Below are positions 61,801-64,000 of a stretch of DNA of 64,000 bases, piece after piece. The position numbers and the translations under genes were made by a program. The notes under the pieces were generated by a model. That model searched no databases, had not been told where the DNA came from, and worked only from the letters and a program-made list of their open reading frames with translations. The DNA lies in contig OX597814.1 of assembly GCA_951406725.2 (NCBI GenBank), forward strand, positions 75,020,001 to 75,084,000, read 5' to 3'. The number at the start of each line of letters is the position of its first letter. Position 1 is the first letter of the stretch. Source of the stretch: Octopus vulgaris (Eukaryota).

Positions 61801-62502
61801 AGGTTTATTTGAATTGATTATTTCTTCTAGAAGCTCCACTTCCACTGCCTGTTGAGCCATACCATCTCAAATATTGCTATCAGCCCTAAGATCAAAAGCA
61901 GGTCTTAATAAATTTTCAGAGAAACCCACCTCAGATGCAATGTTAATGGCCTGGGCACTGTCTCTACCTCATGGCCTCAGGGTAGGTGGTTGGTAATTCC
62001 AGAATGTTGCATTTCTAGTGCATCCTAATAGTTGCTTCTTACCTTTTCTTTCCATGAAAAAAAAAATCCCTAAAAATACATTATAATACTTTTTCTTGGT
62101 AATTGTAACAATAGACATGATATAACACCCTCATAAATGAAAAAGCAACTCAAACTTACTATAATGGGTACCAACCTACAACTAGAAGATTGTAAATTCT
62201 ATGCAATTGTTTCAATACTGTGATTGTATTGTAGCAGAAGTCCATGAAATAATTATATATGTGTTTATGCAACAACAAACAGTATGAACATGTAAGAAAA
62301 ATATATTGTAATTTAATTTGTGTAAGGATCCATGATTCAGTCATAACTTTGGGTTATCAGCTAATGAGTTGCATAAATGCACATTGATTTCTCATGTGTG
62401 ATATATTTCTTTAACCATGAAAAACAACAGCTGACCTTGCAAGTGTGTATGACTAAGTGGCCTTCTCACCCTTGACCAACACAACATCCAGAATGTGACA
62501 GC

Positions 62503-62537
<35 letters not shown>

Positions 62538-62809
62538 AGATGCACTAGTGCTCAGCTGGTATTCATTTCAGCTGAGTGGACTGGAGCAATGGGAAATGAA
62601 ATACTTTGTTCAAGGACACAATACACCAGCCATTCTAGGAGTAAACACTGGTGTTTTTATGATCAACACCCTAACACCCCAACACCCTAACCACCACCTC
62701 AAGCACTTTCATTTGTGATATACAGAATTGTTTTCTTATCATTGCAAACATGGTCAAGCAATTCCGACAAAGTCTCTCCACAAAAAGGAGAATTAATGAA
62801 TTTTTAAGA

Positions 62810-63295
62810 ATGGTGGTAAACATTTAAGTTATGGAGATTATACTTAGGCATGAGTTGTTGCTCTCCCTGCTCTGCTTTCCCTATAACAATGTCACTTGCT
62901 CCTGGCAACTGCTCCTTGCTGAGGTTTGTATCATCTAAGAATAGATCAATTAATATTTGAGCAAGTCTTCCTCTTTTGTGTCTCCTGTGAATTGGTTCCC
63001 ACAATAGTAGCTTGTATATAACTTCCTACTTACTTCTCTAGCAATGTCTTGCAAATTGTAACTGTCTCTGAGCAATTGTAGTTGTCATCTTGAGCAAGTT
63101 TCTGTATAAATAAAAAAAAATCAAAATATCATTCTTCAGAATATCTCGTTACATGGCTCATGTACATGGAACCTGACACAAGCACTTGAGAAAAAAACTA
63201 GACAATGTTTACATTAAACTGCTTAGTGTTGTACAAAACAAACTGGCATCAATGTATTACAAATGGAAGTATATGGAAACTTGCCCAAGAATTGT
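62810..63295. mobile_element. RTE-type LINE 3' remnant with 5' inversion
   Basis: Minus 62810-63110: YRNL..TTTIAQRQLQFARHC..LLWEP..RGR...DT. Plus 63120-63295: KISFFR..LHGS.TW.LT..LEKKLD..Y..LL..YGNLPK. A related 3' piece lies at ~63655-63730. Confidence 0.65.
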
Positions 63296-64000
63296 ATTCT
63301 ACAGTAATTAATTTCCCATTTTAGTGATAATTAGTGTAACTTAGGACATTAAAGAAATGAAACTCCATGACATAAGCCAATTCAGAGAGCCAATTCTTAG
63401 TTCTCCAGTTGTCAGTGGCCACCAATGTATAATGGTAGGCTGAATAAGCAGTTTAAAATACTAAGAAGTTGGCCAAATAAAGCAATGAATTCATTAAGTT
63501 ATTCCAAGGCCTTACAGTAAATTAAAAATAAATGAATAAATAAATTAAAAATACCAGTAAAAAATTGATGAGATTTGATGCTTATTACAGAAGGGGACTA
63601 CTGAGTTTTAAAAATGGTTAAAAAATATGTAAGTAATGGGGATTATGTTCAGGTATGAGCTGTTGCTCTCCCTGCTCTGCTTTCCCTATAACTACATCAC
63701 TGGCCTGGGCCATCAGTTTCTTATCAAGTCAGTCTCTTTCAGTTTTACTGAATCCTTCAACTAATTTCTCTTTAAAAAACTGCTTAATCTGTATATTGTA
63801 CTTATTCCTGCACATAATGCTACTGCATTTACTGCTTCTTTTGTTTCTGTCTGCATACACACATCAAACTCATCACCTCCATCCAAACCTATCTCACTGT
63901 GTACACAGTTGACAAGTGTGTCAACTCTCTGATTGTTCCAATAAGATATGATAGGATTGTTTTAATGAAAAAAGAATAAAGATTAATACTGATTTCAAAT

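Noticed and set aside
61911-61987. Possible 62-bp exon (TTTTCAG..G|GTAGGT)
   Set aside because: The peptides are unrecognised and the region may be decayed retroelement; RNA-seq is needed.

Overview
This is AT-rich eukaryotic, repeat-only sequence; the SINE families and the large (TA)n tracts suggest an octopus/cephalopod genome (inference). No host protein-coding exon is supportable, and the many Y/I-rich ORFs are translations of microsatellite. Positions ~1-17.9 kb and ~59.5-64 kb hold old decayed transposons: hAT, Tc1/mariner, RTE LINEs, a Penelope-like GIY-YIG remnant, SINEs and Helitrons. Positions ~17.9-59.5 kb are a (TA)n 'landing pad' carrying young insertions: non-autonomous Helitrons (one a duplicated composite), three different near-intact CR1-group LINEs, a solo LTR and several tandem arrays. 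The main finding is a ribozyme system. A 532-bp non-coding unit is repeated ~12.5 times (35.3-42.0 kb, 8 copies in one direction and ~4.4 inverted), and 12 copies carry a complete type I hammerhead ribozyme, giving a retrozyme-like concatemer predicted to release a ~532-nt (circular) RNA. At least three other unrelated non-coding repeat families here also carry hammerheads, and one further motif looks like a hammerhead with a swapped G3:C8 core pair. All RNA structures were read by eye and are untested.
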